From: Mobula hypostoma
Taxonomy: Eukaryota
DNA: 64,000 nucleotides
NCBI RefSeq assembly: GCF_963921235.1
Contig: NC_086097.1
Location: 150,042,001 to 150,106,000, forward strand
Direction: 5' to 3'
In this document: one piece after another, positions 36,275-48,309 of the stretch
Numbering within the stretch: position 1 is the first letter of the stretch
Layout of the letters: each line of letters begins with the position of its first letter
The notes under the pieces: generated by a model
The model's database searches: none
The model's input: the letters and a program-made list of their open reading frames with translations, nothing else
Told to the model about the DNA's origin: nothing
Position numbers and translations under genes: made by a program

Positions 36275-37632
36275 ATAAACCAGGAAAACAAAGGCCAATG
36301 AGCCTGACACCAATGTGGGAAAGTTATTGGAACGTATTCTAAGGGACTGGATATATAAGTATTTGGATAGACATGGAATGATTATGGATAGTCAGCATGG
36401 CTTCTTGCGTAATGGGCCATGTCTAACCAACCCCATAAAATTTTTTACCAGGAAAGTTGATGAAGGCAAGGCAATGGATGCTGCCTGCATGGACTTTAGC
36501 AAAGCGTTTGACAAGGTCCCGCATGGGAGGTTGGTCAAGAAGGTTCAGTCACTTGGCATTCAAGATGAGGGAGTAAATTGGATTAGACATTGGCTGAGTG
36601 GGAGAAGCCAGAGAGTGGTAGTAGATGGTTGCCTCTCTGACTGGAGACCTGTGACTAATGGAATACTGTGGGGATCAGTGCTGGGTCCATTGTTGTTTGT
36701 CATCTATATCAACAATCTGGATGATGTGGTTAACTGGATCAGCAAATCTGCGGGTGACACCAAAACTGGGGTGTAGTGGACAGTGACGACAGCTATCACA
36801 GCTTGCAAAGGGAACTGTGCCAGCTGGAAAAATTGGCTGAAAGATTACAGCTAGAATTTAATGTCGACAATGAGATGTTGCACTTCGGTAGGGCCAATCA
36901 GGGTAGGTCTTACTAGTGAGTGGTAGGGCACCGAGGAGTGTGATAGAACAAAGGGATCTGGGAATACTGGTCCATAATTTGTTGAAAGTGGGGTCACAGG
37001 TATATAGGGTTGTAGAGAAAGCTTTTGGCATATTGGTCTTCATAAATCAAAGGATCAGGTACAAGAGATGCATTGTTATGTTGAAGTTCAGTAAAACATT
37101 GGTGGGGCCTCATTTAGAGTACTGTGTGCTGATTTGGTAATTTACCTACAGGAAAAATGTGAATAAGGTTGAAAGAGTACAGAGAAAGTTTACAAGGATG
37201 TTGTTGGGATTGAGGACCTGAGTTATAGGGAAAAAATGAATAGATCAGGACATTATTCCTTGAAATGTAGAAGATTGAGGGGAGATTTGATAGAGGTACA
37301 CAAAATTATGCGGGATATAGACAGGGTAAATGCAAACAGGCTTTTCCCACTGAGGTTGGGTGGGACTACAACTAGAGTTCATATGTTAAGGGTGAAAGAT
37401 TAAAAGTTTAAGGGGAACAGAGGGTTGTGAAAGTGCGGAACGAGTTTCCAGCACAAGTGGTGCACGCAAGTTTGATTTCAGTGTTTAAGAGAAGTTTGGA
37501 TAGGTACATGAATAGTAGGGGTATGGAGGGCTATGGTCCCAGAGTAGGTTGATGGGAATAGGCAGTTTAAATGGTTGCATGGACTAGATGGGTCAAAGGG
37601 CCTGTTCCTGTGTTGTACTTTTCTATGACTAT
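36275..37632 (+). mobile_element. CR1 RT-to-3' end fragment
   Basis: [26 protein letters not shown]; tail TTCTATGACTAT. Confidence 0.9.
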
Positions 37633-38666
37633 TGTTACGTACCCCGTAACTGGGTTGCCAAACCAGCAGAAATGGATCACTCAGTTGGAGTCTGGAGTAC
37701 TAGAACTAAGAAAGTTTTATTAAAGAAACAAGCAACACAGTAATCGAAAGGATAATAAATGCAACAGTTCAGTGATGATAAACACACATGTGCACAGAAT
37801 TAAGATAACAGCATCAATCAAGCTCTATCGTTGTCTAGGGGTAAATGACCAATTTCAAAATGACTCAAAGTTCAGTCCAGTTTAGTAGTTCAGTTCGCAG
37901 TAATCGTTGCCATGGCGATGGACAACGTGGGGGAAGAGAGAGATAGAACAGGAACAACTGATCATTCAGAACACTGCTTCACTCACAGACCAGCGGGATG
38001 GCTCACAAACAGCTTTTGGGCGGGTCCTTGGTGATGTCACCTGAGGTCACCGACTGTGACCCCTCCTCCAGATGCGGTCGATCCTCTGCAGTGAACCCGG
38101 CACCCAGGCAAGGGCGGACACACACCGGGTTCCCGCTGATCGTACCTTTCCACCCTTGTCGTTGTCTGGGACTTCTCACCCACTCGTGAGAAGCGCACCG
38201 CTTCCAGGGTCTCGTTACCTCGGGTGGCGTGTGTGTCTGTCTTAGCGAACCTGTCCCTTTTTATCCCCCTGCTGGGGTATCGCCTGTCCATCACTTCAAA
38301 CAGTTCAGGGCTCAAAGGGGGGAGCCGCTCCAGACAGCTCTTCCTCCCACATCCCTTCATTACACATCTCCAGACGCTGCTCCATTGTTCCTTATCTCTC
38401 CTTCCCCTGAGGGCAGGTGGCAGACCAACTGCTGATGCCACTGATGCTAGCCCAGGCCAGCAAACATCTTAATTTTATGTGTATTCTCGTAACACTTCCC
38501 CCCTTTAAGGATTTTTACCGGGAGGTAAAAATTACAAACATGACTACATTATCTGATACATACACAATATACATCTTTAACAGTTATTTAGCTAATACAG
38601 AGAATTTGAAGCTGTCAACACCTTGACAGACAGTCATCACATTTTCTGTTCCTTTTACACGTGTTA

Positions 38667-41614
38667 TTAATAATCCCTTAGACCAGGCTCCAACTCAGCA
38701 AACTTCAGAGTGGCCAAAAACACTGATGAATTGCGACCAATGTAACCTCTCATTTGGTTTTGTCCCGGACCACAACAACAAGGGTCGTCCCATTCCGGCT
38801 CAGTTTTCTCTCGCAAGGGCTTAGTAGGAGGGGGACGGGTATTGACCGCAGAGTTATTGCAAAACTTCCTGCAGTACCCCACCATCTCCAAAAGCCTTCT
38901 GAGGGCCCTCTTGTCTGTCGGGGTTGGGAGGTCAGCGATAGCCTGCACTGTAGCTTGCATCACTGCCAGCTGCCCCTGTGTCACCACAATTCCCAGGTAA
39001 GTGACATTCGTGTGGCCGAATTCATTTTTTCCAAGGTTCACTATCAAGCTGGCTTCAGACAGCCGTGTTAAATTGCCAATACACACCTCTGTGTTCATCA
39101 GCCCTTTAGTCACTGAATTACTCAAAAAATATGGGTGTTGTTTACTTGGCCGCCCTATTGTAACCGACATAACCCAACGTCCCAGTTCTTTGCATTTCCT
39201 CGGGACAATCAAACACATGGGTGCGAGTCGTTTAATTACTCCTTCGGGGATTAAGGGAGAGACCTTATCAGTAGACCTGGCCAAAACAATAGCCTTCTCC
39301 CATCTGACCGATCCCATCCTAATCTTTTCAAAATGGTTTTTTCCTCTTATCAAGGGGCCCCTAGCTTCATTGATTTCCACGCTAACACCGACTAGGTTTG
39401 TTAGCATATCAAAAGCCGGTGACCGTCTCAGTTCGCGTCGGTCATGATCAATAACATTCTTCCCCCTGGGCAGCCGGTAAATCTCTTTCATGATTCCACC
39501 AACTGTTTCCTCCAGCACCGCAAAATGTCCACCGGGGGGTACCTCGTGGGCCATGTTAAAAACCTCATCCCCATAACTCTTTTGCACCACCCCCCACTCC
39601 TCATCTGCGGATGCTGTACTTGATTTCCCTTTCTTCCTTAGCACTTCCTCATCCGCACAATAGCCTACTAGTTCCCTTGTCAAGGCTGTGTCAGAGAGAG
39701 CTGTCTCGGCCAAAACCATCAGCCCCTCGTCTCGCTCCTGCGTCTGCACAAATTCTTTCCTGGCTACTGCTACGTCCGTCCCAGCTCCCTCACTACCTCT
39801 TATCTCACTACACCCTGTCTCATACAAGGTTGGCAGAAATGTTTCAGCCAAATTCACCATCGCGGGCGGGGCCTCCATGCTGGCAGGCTGACCCGTCAAT
39901 CTCACGACTGGGAACACGATTCCTCCGGCGATGTCATTACCGAGCAAGACTTCCACGTCTTTCATCGGTAATTCGGACCTCACCCCGATCGTGACTAGTC
40001 CAGAGACCAGGTTGCTCTGTAAATGTATCTGGTGCAAAGGGACTGACTCTGTCCCTTCCCCAACACCTTTGACCTCTACCTCCCCAGTCTGGGTCTCTGA
40101 GCTAAACTCTAATACACTCTTCAGTATTAGTGACTGACACGCTCCCGTGTCTCTCCAGATCCGCACTGGAACTGGTTTTAACCTCTTTTTCACTGACACC
40201 AGTCCGGCCGAGATAAACCTCTCGCGCCCTTCCTGGACTTTTTCAGACCTGTCCTTCCCTAGCGGTTCGCTTAACAGCTCAATACAGCCATTCCAAATTT
40301 CCGCTTTTCCTTTCCCCGTCTCCTTTCTTGGGGCAAAGCACCTGGACGCAAAGTGTCCGACTTTCCCACAATTATAACAGACGACCCCAGGAGACTTCCT
40401 ACCAGGCTGCTCCCGGTCTACCTTATCCTTTTCACTAGTCCCCGGCTTACTTTCTGACTTTTCCGGCGGACTCTCCCCGCCGTCCTGACTACCCTTCTGG
40501 TAGCCTTTACTCGGGGCAACCTTCATTTTATGCGTCAACGCATACTCATCCGCTAACTTAGCAGTTGCGGCTAACGTGGCTGCCTCTTTCTCATCGAGGT
40601 AGGGTCTCATACCCTCAGGGACACAACCTTTAAACTGCTCAATCAGAACCAGTTGCAGCAGTCTGTCGTAATCCCCCTCTACCCCTTTCGAGGCGCACCA
40701 ACGCTCACAATATGTTTGCATCTCACGAGCAAACTCCAAATACGTGCGGTCCCACCGCTTCCTCGCATTCCGGAACCTCTGCCGGTATGCCTCCGGGACC
40801 AACTCATAAGTCCTGAGGATGGCCTCCTTCACCACCTCATACTTCTGGGCATCTTCCGGGGATAAAGCGGAGTAAGCTTGTTGGGCTTTCCCTTCAGTAC
40901 ACTCTGAAGTAAGACAACCCACTTATCCCTCGGCCATTCCTGACTTATAGCTACTTTTTCGAAGTGGAGAAAGTACCGATCCACATCGGTATCGTCAAAT
41001 GGGGGAACCAGCCTAACCTCCTGGGTCGCCCGGAACCCTCCACCTTGGTTCGGCACGAGCCCCTGCTCGGCCCTTATCTTTAACTTCTCCAGCTCAAATT
41101 CCCTTTCCCTCTGTTTCTCCTCTCTCTCCAACTGTCTTTCTCTCTCTTGCCTTTCTACCTCTTTCTCTCTCTCCCGCCTTTCTAACTCTCTCTCTTTCTG
41201 CTGCCTTTCTAACTCTCTCTCTTTCTCCTGCCTTTCTAACTCTCTCTCTTTCTCCTGCCTTTCTAACTCTCTCTCTTTCTCCCGCCTTTCTAACTCTCTC
41301 TCCTGCCTTTCTAACTGCTTCTCTTCGTGTTCTAACTGCCGTACCCGGAACTCGTGCTCGAGTCTCAGTTTTTCAAGCTGTACCTGTACCGCGTCTCCAG
41401 CAGGTTTTTCAATAGACACCTCCCCCAGCTCACCTTGGGGAAACACACCTTTAGATACATAGTGCTCTACAATAGCTCTGTGTATCTCCTCTCTCCTCAT
41501 TGTCGACTTCACCTTAGCAAGATTCACCCGTTTGGCCACAGCTATCAATTCCGATTTCCTGGCATCCTCTAATGCCTCCAAGGTCGGCGCCTTTATAAAT
41601 TCCTCAACCTCCAT
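38667..41614 (-). CDS. Gag (coiled coil, SCAN-like, CCHC) - protease - collapsed IN/RT/RH remnants; one frameshift near 40889
   Basis: ORF 40829-41614 joins ORF 38667-40922 at LQSVLKG/KAQQAYS; PEAYRQRFR..LIEQF (SCAN-like), CYNCGKVGHFASRC, RDTGA..LLGND. Confidence 0.85.
41125..41340 (-). repeat. 27-bp coding tandem repeat encoding (ERQEKEREL)n
   Basis: Repeated ctttctaactctctctctttctcctgc units in frame with gag. Confidence 0.9.
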
Positions 41615-41683
41615 TTCTGCTGTTTGTCTTTTCTTTCTTTCGGGAATTTTAACCCAATCAATTTACTCCGTCCCAAATTTAGC

Positions 41684-41709
41684 GTTCAAAATCGCGGACG
41701 AGAACCCCA
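41684..41709 (-). other. Primer binding site complementary to the tRNA-Pro 3' end
   Basis: Minus strand TGGGGTTCTCGTCCGCGATTTTGAAC versus tRNA-Pro complement TGGGGGCTCGTCCGGGATTTGAAC; 4 nt from the 5' LTR. Confidence 0.8.
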
Positions 41710-42577
41710 CTTATGTTACGTACCCCGTAACTGGGTTGCCAAACCAGCAGAAATGGATCACTCAGTTGGAGTCTGGAGTACTAGAACTAAGAAAGTTTTA
41801 TTAAAGAAACAAGCAACACAGTAATCGAAAGGATAATAAATGCAACAGTTCAGTGATGATAAACACACATGTGCACAGAATTAAGATAACAGCATCAATC
41901 AAGCTCTATCGTTGTCTAGGGGTAAATGACCAATTTCAAAATGACTCAAAGTTCAGTCCAGTTTAGTAGTTCAGTTCGCAGTAATCGTTGTCATGGCGGT
42001 GGACAATGTGGGGGAAGAGAGAGATAGAATAGGAACAACTCATCATTCAGAACGGCTTCACTCACAGACCAGCAAGATGGCTCACAAACAGCTTTTGGGC
42101 GGGTCCTTGGTGATGTCACCTGAGGTCACCGACTGTGACCCCTCCTCCAGATGCGGTCGATCCTCTGCAGTGAACCCGGCACCCAGGCAAGGGCGGACAC
42201 ACACCGGGTTCCCGCTGATCGTACCTTTCCACCCTTGTCGTTGTCTGGGACTTCTCACCCACTCGTGAGAGGCGCACCGCTTCCAGGGTCTCGTTACCTC
42301 GGGTGGCGTGTGTGTCTGTCTTAGCGAACCTGTCCCTTTTTATCCCCCTGCTGGGGTATCGCCTGTCCATCACTTCAAACAGTTCAGGGCTCAAAGGGGG
42401 GAGCCGCTCCAGACAGCTCTTCCTCCCACATCCCTTCATTACACATCTCCAGACGCTGCTCCATTGTTCCTTATCTCTCCTTCCCCTGAGGGCAGGTGGC
42501 AGACCAACTGCTGATGCCACTGATGCTAGCCCAGGCCAGCAAACATCTTAATTTTATGTGTATTCTCGTAACACTAT

Positions 42578-43362
42578 TTATTTATTTATCACATCAAAAC
42601 ATACAGTGAAGTGTGTCATTTGCATGAACACCCAAGGATGTGCTGGGGGCATTCTGCAAGTGTCACCACACGATTTTGCATCAACATAATATGCTCCCAA
42701 TGCTTGGCAGAACAACACAGAACACAACAAAACAGTACACAACAAGCAACAAAGCAAAAAAGCCCCTTTTCTCCCTCCATAAACGCACATACATAGTCCT
42801 CTAATCAAGGACAGGCCACCTTCGGTGTCCAGCCTCATGGATTTGCAGATACTGGACCCCAACTTCCCAAAAAGACACACAGAGATTTGCAGATTCGAGC
42901 TCTGACCATCAGACCTCGACTTCTAGACTCACAATCAATTTTTGTGCTTTGATTTGGAGCTCTGATCGACCTTTGGACTTCGATCTTTGGCATTGACTCA
43001 GGACTCGCTGATGGCAATGAATGAGGGTCTGAACTTCAGGCCTCGAACACTGGTCTCACCAATGACAGGAGCTGAACACTAGGCATCAAATGCCCTACTC
43101 GCCAATGACGGGACTCTGAACATCCTCGCCGCTCTGCCAGCTGATATCCAACCGTGACCTCGCTGCTAGTCTTTGAATGGAGAATGGAAACAGACTTTGG
43201 CCTGTCCTCTAATTCCCCCAAGTCCCTGTCCCTAAACCCTAACCTGACCTCTAACTCCCCTCATGTCTCCAAAACCATCCCTATGAACCTAAAAAAAACT
43301 AAACCAAATAATTAAGGATGAGCCATGACCTCAATGGAAACTGTAATTCAGCACCATCTTGA
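42578..43362 (-). mobile_element. Non-autonomous LINE-derived element starting CAAGATGG
   Basis: Minus-strand 5' end CAAGATGGTGC; homologous to 13138-13843; (TAAA)n tail. Confidence 0.65.
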
Positions 43363-43507
43363 GAACGGATCAATACTCAGTGATGCGCAGTTTAAAAGGT
43401 GGTCATTAATGGCCTCTAGGTAAGTGTGGGTTTCTATCCAGCTCAGTGGTGGAATGATACGTCCAAAGTCCACATTCCTGTGTATTGTTCCCTTTTTTAT
43501 TTTGGAA

Positions 43508-44945
43508 CAGAATCAGAATCAGGTTTATTATCATTGGTATGTGATGTGAAATTTGTTAACTTAACAGCAGCATTTCAATGCAATACATAATACAGAAGGA
43601 AAAAAAAACAAAATAAAATTATGAGAATAATAAATAAGTAAATCAATTACAGTATACCTACATTGAATAGATTAAAAATCATGCAAAAAACAGAAATACT
43701 ATACATTGAAAAAGCGAGTTAGTGTCCAAGGGTTCAATGTCCATTTAGGAATTGGATGGCAAAGGGGAAGAAGCTGTTTCTGAATCGCTGAGTGTGTGCC
43801 TTTAAGCTTCTATGCCTCCTACCTGATGGTAACAGTGAGAAAAGGACATGCAATGGGTGCTGGAGGTCCTTAATAATGGATGCTGCCTTTCTGAGACACC
43901 GCTCCTTGAAGATGTCCTGGGTATTTTGTAGGCTGGTACCCAAGATGGAGCCAAATAAATTTACAACCCTCTGCAGCTTTTATCGGTCCTGTGCAGTTGC
44001 CCCCCCCCCATACGAGACAGTGATGCAGCCTGTCAGAATGCTCTCCACAATACATCTATAGAAGTTTTTGAGTGTACTTGTTGACGTACCAAATCTCTTC
44101 CAACTCCTAATGAAGTATAATCACTGTCTTGCCTTCTTTATAACTGCATCGATATGTTGTGACCAGGTTAGATCCTCAGAGATTGTGACACCCAGGAACT
44201 TGAAACTGCTCACTCTCTCCACTTCTGATCCCTCTATGAGGATTGGTATGTGTTCCTTTGTCTTACCCTTCTGGAAGCCCACAATCAGTTCTTTCGTCTT
44301 ACTGACATTGAGTGCCGGGTTGTTGCTGCAACACCACTCCACTAGTTGGCATATCTCACTCCTGAAGCCCTCTCATCACCACCTGAGATTCTACCAACAA
44401 TAGTTGTATCATCAGCAAATTTATAGATGGTATTTGATCTATGCCTGGCCACACAGTCATGGATATATAGAGAGTAGAGCAGTGGGCTAAGCACGCTCCC
44501 CTGAGGTGCACCAGTGTTGATCGTCAGCGAGGAGGATATGCTATCACCAATCCACACAGACTGTGGTCTTCTGGTTAGGAAGTCGAGGATCCAATTGCAG
44601 AGGGAGGTACAGAGGCCCAGGTTCTGCAACTTCTCAATCAGGATTGTGGGAACGATGGTATTAAATACTGAGCTATAGTCGATAAACAGCAGGTGTTTGT
44701 GTTGTCCACGTGGTCGAATGCCATATGAAGAGCCATTGAGATTGCATCTGCCATTGACCTATTGTGACAATAGGCAAATATCAATGGGTCCAGGGCCCTG
44801 CTGAGGCAGGAGTTCAGTCTAGTCATAACCAACCTCTCAAAGTATTTCATCACTGTAGATGTGAGTGCTACCGGGAATAGTCATTAAGGCAGCTTATATT
44901 CTTCTTCATAGGCACTGGTATAATTGTTGCCTTTTTGAAGCACAT
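43508..44945 (-). mobile_element. Rex1/Babar LINE, 5'-truncated
   Basis: [40 protein letters not shown]; (GATTCT)n tail. Confidence 0.93.
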
Positions 44946-45355
44946 GATGTATGTGATCAGGTATTCAAGGTAAAGCCAGTATTATGCCCATTACCAATCC
45001 TTCTAGAATTAACTGGAGTTGTGCTTCATTTCAGGACAAATTAGAATCAGACATATGTCTCCCTTTCTGGGGTCAAACGTGGGCTGGACCAGGTGAGGAC
45101 AGCATGTTTCCTTCTCATCAGTACATCAATGAAACAGCTTTTATTTCAATCCAGTATTTTATAGCCATTGTCATTGATATAATTTTGTTTTATCCACTAA
45201 TTAACTGATCTTAAACATCCTAGTTGCTGTGATAGAATTCAAAGCTCATCTCCAGACGATTACTCAGAGCTGTGGATCACTTGTGTTGTAACAGAACCAT
45301 TATGAGACCATATAACACATATGCTATTGTCACATTGAATTCTTTAATATTTAAC

Positions 45356-48262
45356 ACCATAAGACAAAGGAACAGAGGTCGTCCATTCAGCCCATTGAGT
45401 CTGCTCCGCCATTTTATCATGAGCTGATCCATTCTCCCATTTAGTCCCACTCCCCCGCCTTCTCACCATAACCTTTGATGCCCTGGCTACTCAGATACCT
45501 ATCAATCTCTGCCTTAAATACAACCAGTGACTTGGCCTCCACTGCTGCCCATGGCAACAAATTCCATAGATTCACCACCCTCTGACTAAAAAAATTTCTT
45601 TGCATTTCTGTTCTGAATGGGTGCCCTTCAATCATTAAGTCATGCCCTCTTGTACTAGACTCCCCCATCATGGGAAACAACTTTGCCACATCCACTCTGT
45701 CCATGCTTTTCAACATTCGAAATGTTTCTATGAAGTCTCCCCTCATTCTTCTAAACTCCAAGGAATACAGTCCAAGAGCGGACAAACGTCCCTCATATGT
45801 TAACCCTCTCATTCCCAGAATCATTCTAGTGAATCTTCTCTGTACCCTCTCTCACATCAGCACATCCTTTCTTAAATAAGGAGACCAAAACTGCCCACAG
45901 TACTCCAAGTGAGGTCTCACCAGCGCCTTATAGAGCCTCAACATCACATCCCTGCTCCTATACTCTATTCCTCTAGAAATGAATGCCAACATTGCATTCG
46001 CCTTCTTCACTACCGACTCAACCTGGAGGTTAACCTTAAGGGTATCCTGTACGAGGACTCCCAAGTCCCGTTGCATCTCAGAACTTTGAATTCTTTCCCC
46101 ATTTAAGTAATAGTCAGCCCGTTTATTTCTTTTGCCAAAGTGCATAACCATACACTTTCCAACATTGTATTTCATTTGCCACTTCTTTGCCCATTCTTCC
46201 AATCTATCCAAGTCTCTCTGCAGACTCTCCGTTTCCTCAGCACTACCGGCCCCTCCACCTATCTTCATATCGTCTGCAAACTTAGACACAAAGCCATCTA
46301 TTCCATAATCCAAATAGTTGATGTACAATGTAAAAAGAAGCGGCCCCAACACGGACCCCTGTGGAACACCACTGGTAACCGGCAGCCAACCAGAATAGGA
46401 TCCCTTTATTCCCAGTCTCTGTTTCCTGCCAATCAGCCAACGCACTATCCACGTATGTAACTTTCCCGTAATTCCATGGGCTTTTATCTTGTTAAGTAGC
46501 CTCATGTGTGGCGCCTTGTCAAAGGCCTTCTGAAAATCCAAATATACAACATCCACTGCATCTCCCTTGTCTAGCCTACTGGTAATTTCCTCAAAAAATT
46601 GTAATAGGTTTGTCAGGCAGGATTTTCCTTTAAGGAATCCATGCTGAGTTCTGCCTATCTTGTCATATGCCTCCAGGTACTCTGTAACCTCATCCTTGAC
46701 AATTGACTCTAACAACTTCCCAACCACCGATGTCAAGCTAACAGGTCTATAATTTCCTTTTTGCTTCCTTGCCCCCTTCTTAAATAGCGGAGTGTCATTT
46801 GCAATCTTCCAGTCCTCCGGAACTATGCCAAAATCTATCGACTTCTGAAAGATCATCGCTAATGCCTTCGCAATCTCCACAGCTACTTCCTTCAGAACAC
46901 GCGGGTGCATTCCATCTGGTCTGGGAGATTTATCTACCTTTAGCCTATTCAGCTTCCTGAGTACTTTCTCTGTCGTAATTGTGACTGCGCACACTTCTCT
47001 TCCCTGCCACCCTTGAGTGTCCGGTATCCTGCTGTCTTCCTCAGTGAAGACTGATGCAAAATACTCGTTCAGTTCCTCTGCCATCTCCTTATCTCCCATT
47101 ACAATTTCTCCAGCATCATTTTCTATCGTTCTTTTCTATCGTTCCACCTGTCCTTTACTCTTTATATACTTGAAAAAGCATTTCGTATCCTCTTTGATAT
47201 TATTTGCTAGCTTCCTTTCATAGTTAATCTTTTCCCTCTTAATGACCTTCTTAGTTTCCTTTTGTAAGGTTTTAAAAACTTCCCAATCCTCTGTCTTCCC
47301 ACTAATTTTTGTTTCCTTGTATGCCCTCTCCTTTGCTTTAACTTTGGCTTTTACTTCTCTTGTCAACCACGGTTGCATCCTTTTTCCATTCGAAAATGTC
47401 TTCTTTTTTGGAATATACCTGTCTTGCACCTTCCTCACTTCCGCATAAACTTCAGCTACTGCTGCTCTGCCGTCTTTCTCGCCAGTGTCCCTTTCCAGTC
47501 AACTTTGGCCAGTCCCTCTATCATGCCACTGCAATTTCCTTTACTCCACTGAAATACTGACACATCAGATTTCGGCTTCTCTTTTTCTAATTTCACAGTG
47601 AACTCAATCATGTTATGATCACTGCCTCCGAAGGGTTCCTTCACCTCAATCTCTCCAATCACCTCCGGTTCATTACACAATACCCAATCCAGTACAGCCG
47701 ATCCCCTAGTGGGCTCAACAACAAGCTGTTCTAAAAAGCCATCTCGCAGACATTCTACAAATTCTCTCTCTTGAGATCCAGTGCTGACCTGATTTTTCTA
47801 ATCTACTCGCATGTTAAAATTTCCCACAATTATCATAACACTGCCCTTCTGACAAGCCTTTTCTATTTCCAGTTGTAATTTGTAGTCCACATCACTGCAG
47901 CTGTTTGGAGGCCTATAAATAACTGCCATCAGGGTCCTTTTACCCCTGCGATTTCTTAGCTCAACCCATAAAGATTCTGCACCTTCCGATCCTATATCAC
48001 CTCTTTCTAATGATTTAATATCATTACTTACCAATAAAGCCACGCCTCCCCCTCTGCCTACCTTCCTGTCCTTCCGATACACCGTGTATCCTTGGACGTT
48101 CAGCTCCCAGAGACATGCATCCTTTAGCCAGGTCTCAGTGATGGCCACAATATCATACCTGCCAATCTGTAACTGTACGACAAGATCGTCCACCTTATTT
48201 CTTATGCTGCGTGCATTTAAGTATAACACCTTAAGACCAGTATTTGGTACTTTTTGCTTTGA
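45356..48262 (-). mobile_element. CR1 LINE ORF2 (endonuclease and RT) with 3' UTR
   Basis: LYLNARSIRNK, AITETW, 415-aa RT ORF with KFADD. Confidence 0.96.
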
Positions 48263-48309
48263 TTTATACCTGATCCCACTCCCCAGTCAGCAGCGCCTTC
48301 TCAGCGCCT

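Larger units (their letters stand above)
37633..42573 (-). mobile_element. Gmr1-like Gypsy LTR retrotransposon, internally deleted, young
   Basis: LTRs 37633-38494 and 41714-42573 (TGTTACG...CGTAACA); 4-bp TSD CTAT at 37629-37632 and 42574-42577; PPT AAAGGGGGGAAG; tRNA-Pro-like PBS; SCAN-type gag; IN remnants lie upstream of RT remnants. Confidence 0.95.

Noticed and set aside
38037..38472. ORFs repeated at 42116-42551 and 51901-52386
   Set aside because: They lie within LTR copies; their recurrence is explained by the LTR duplication
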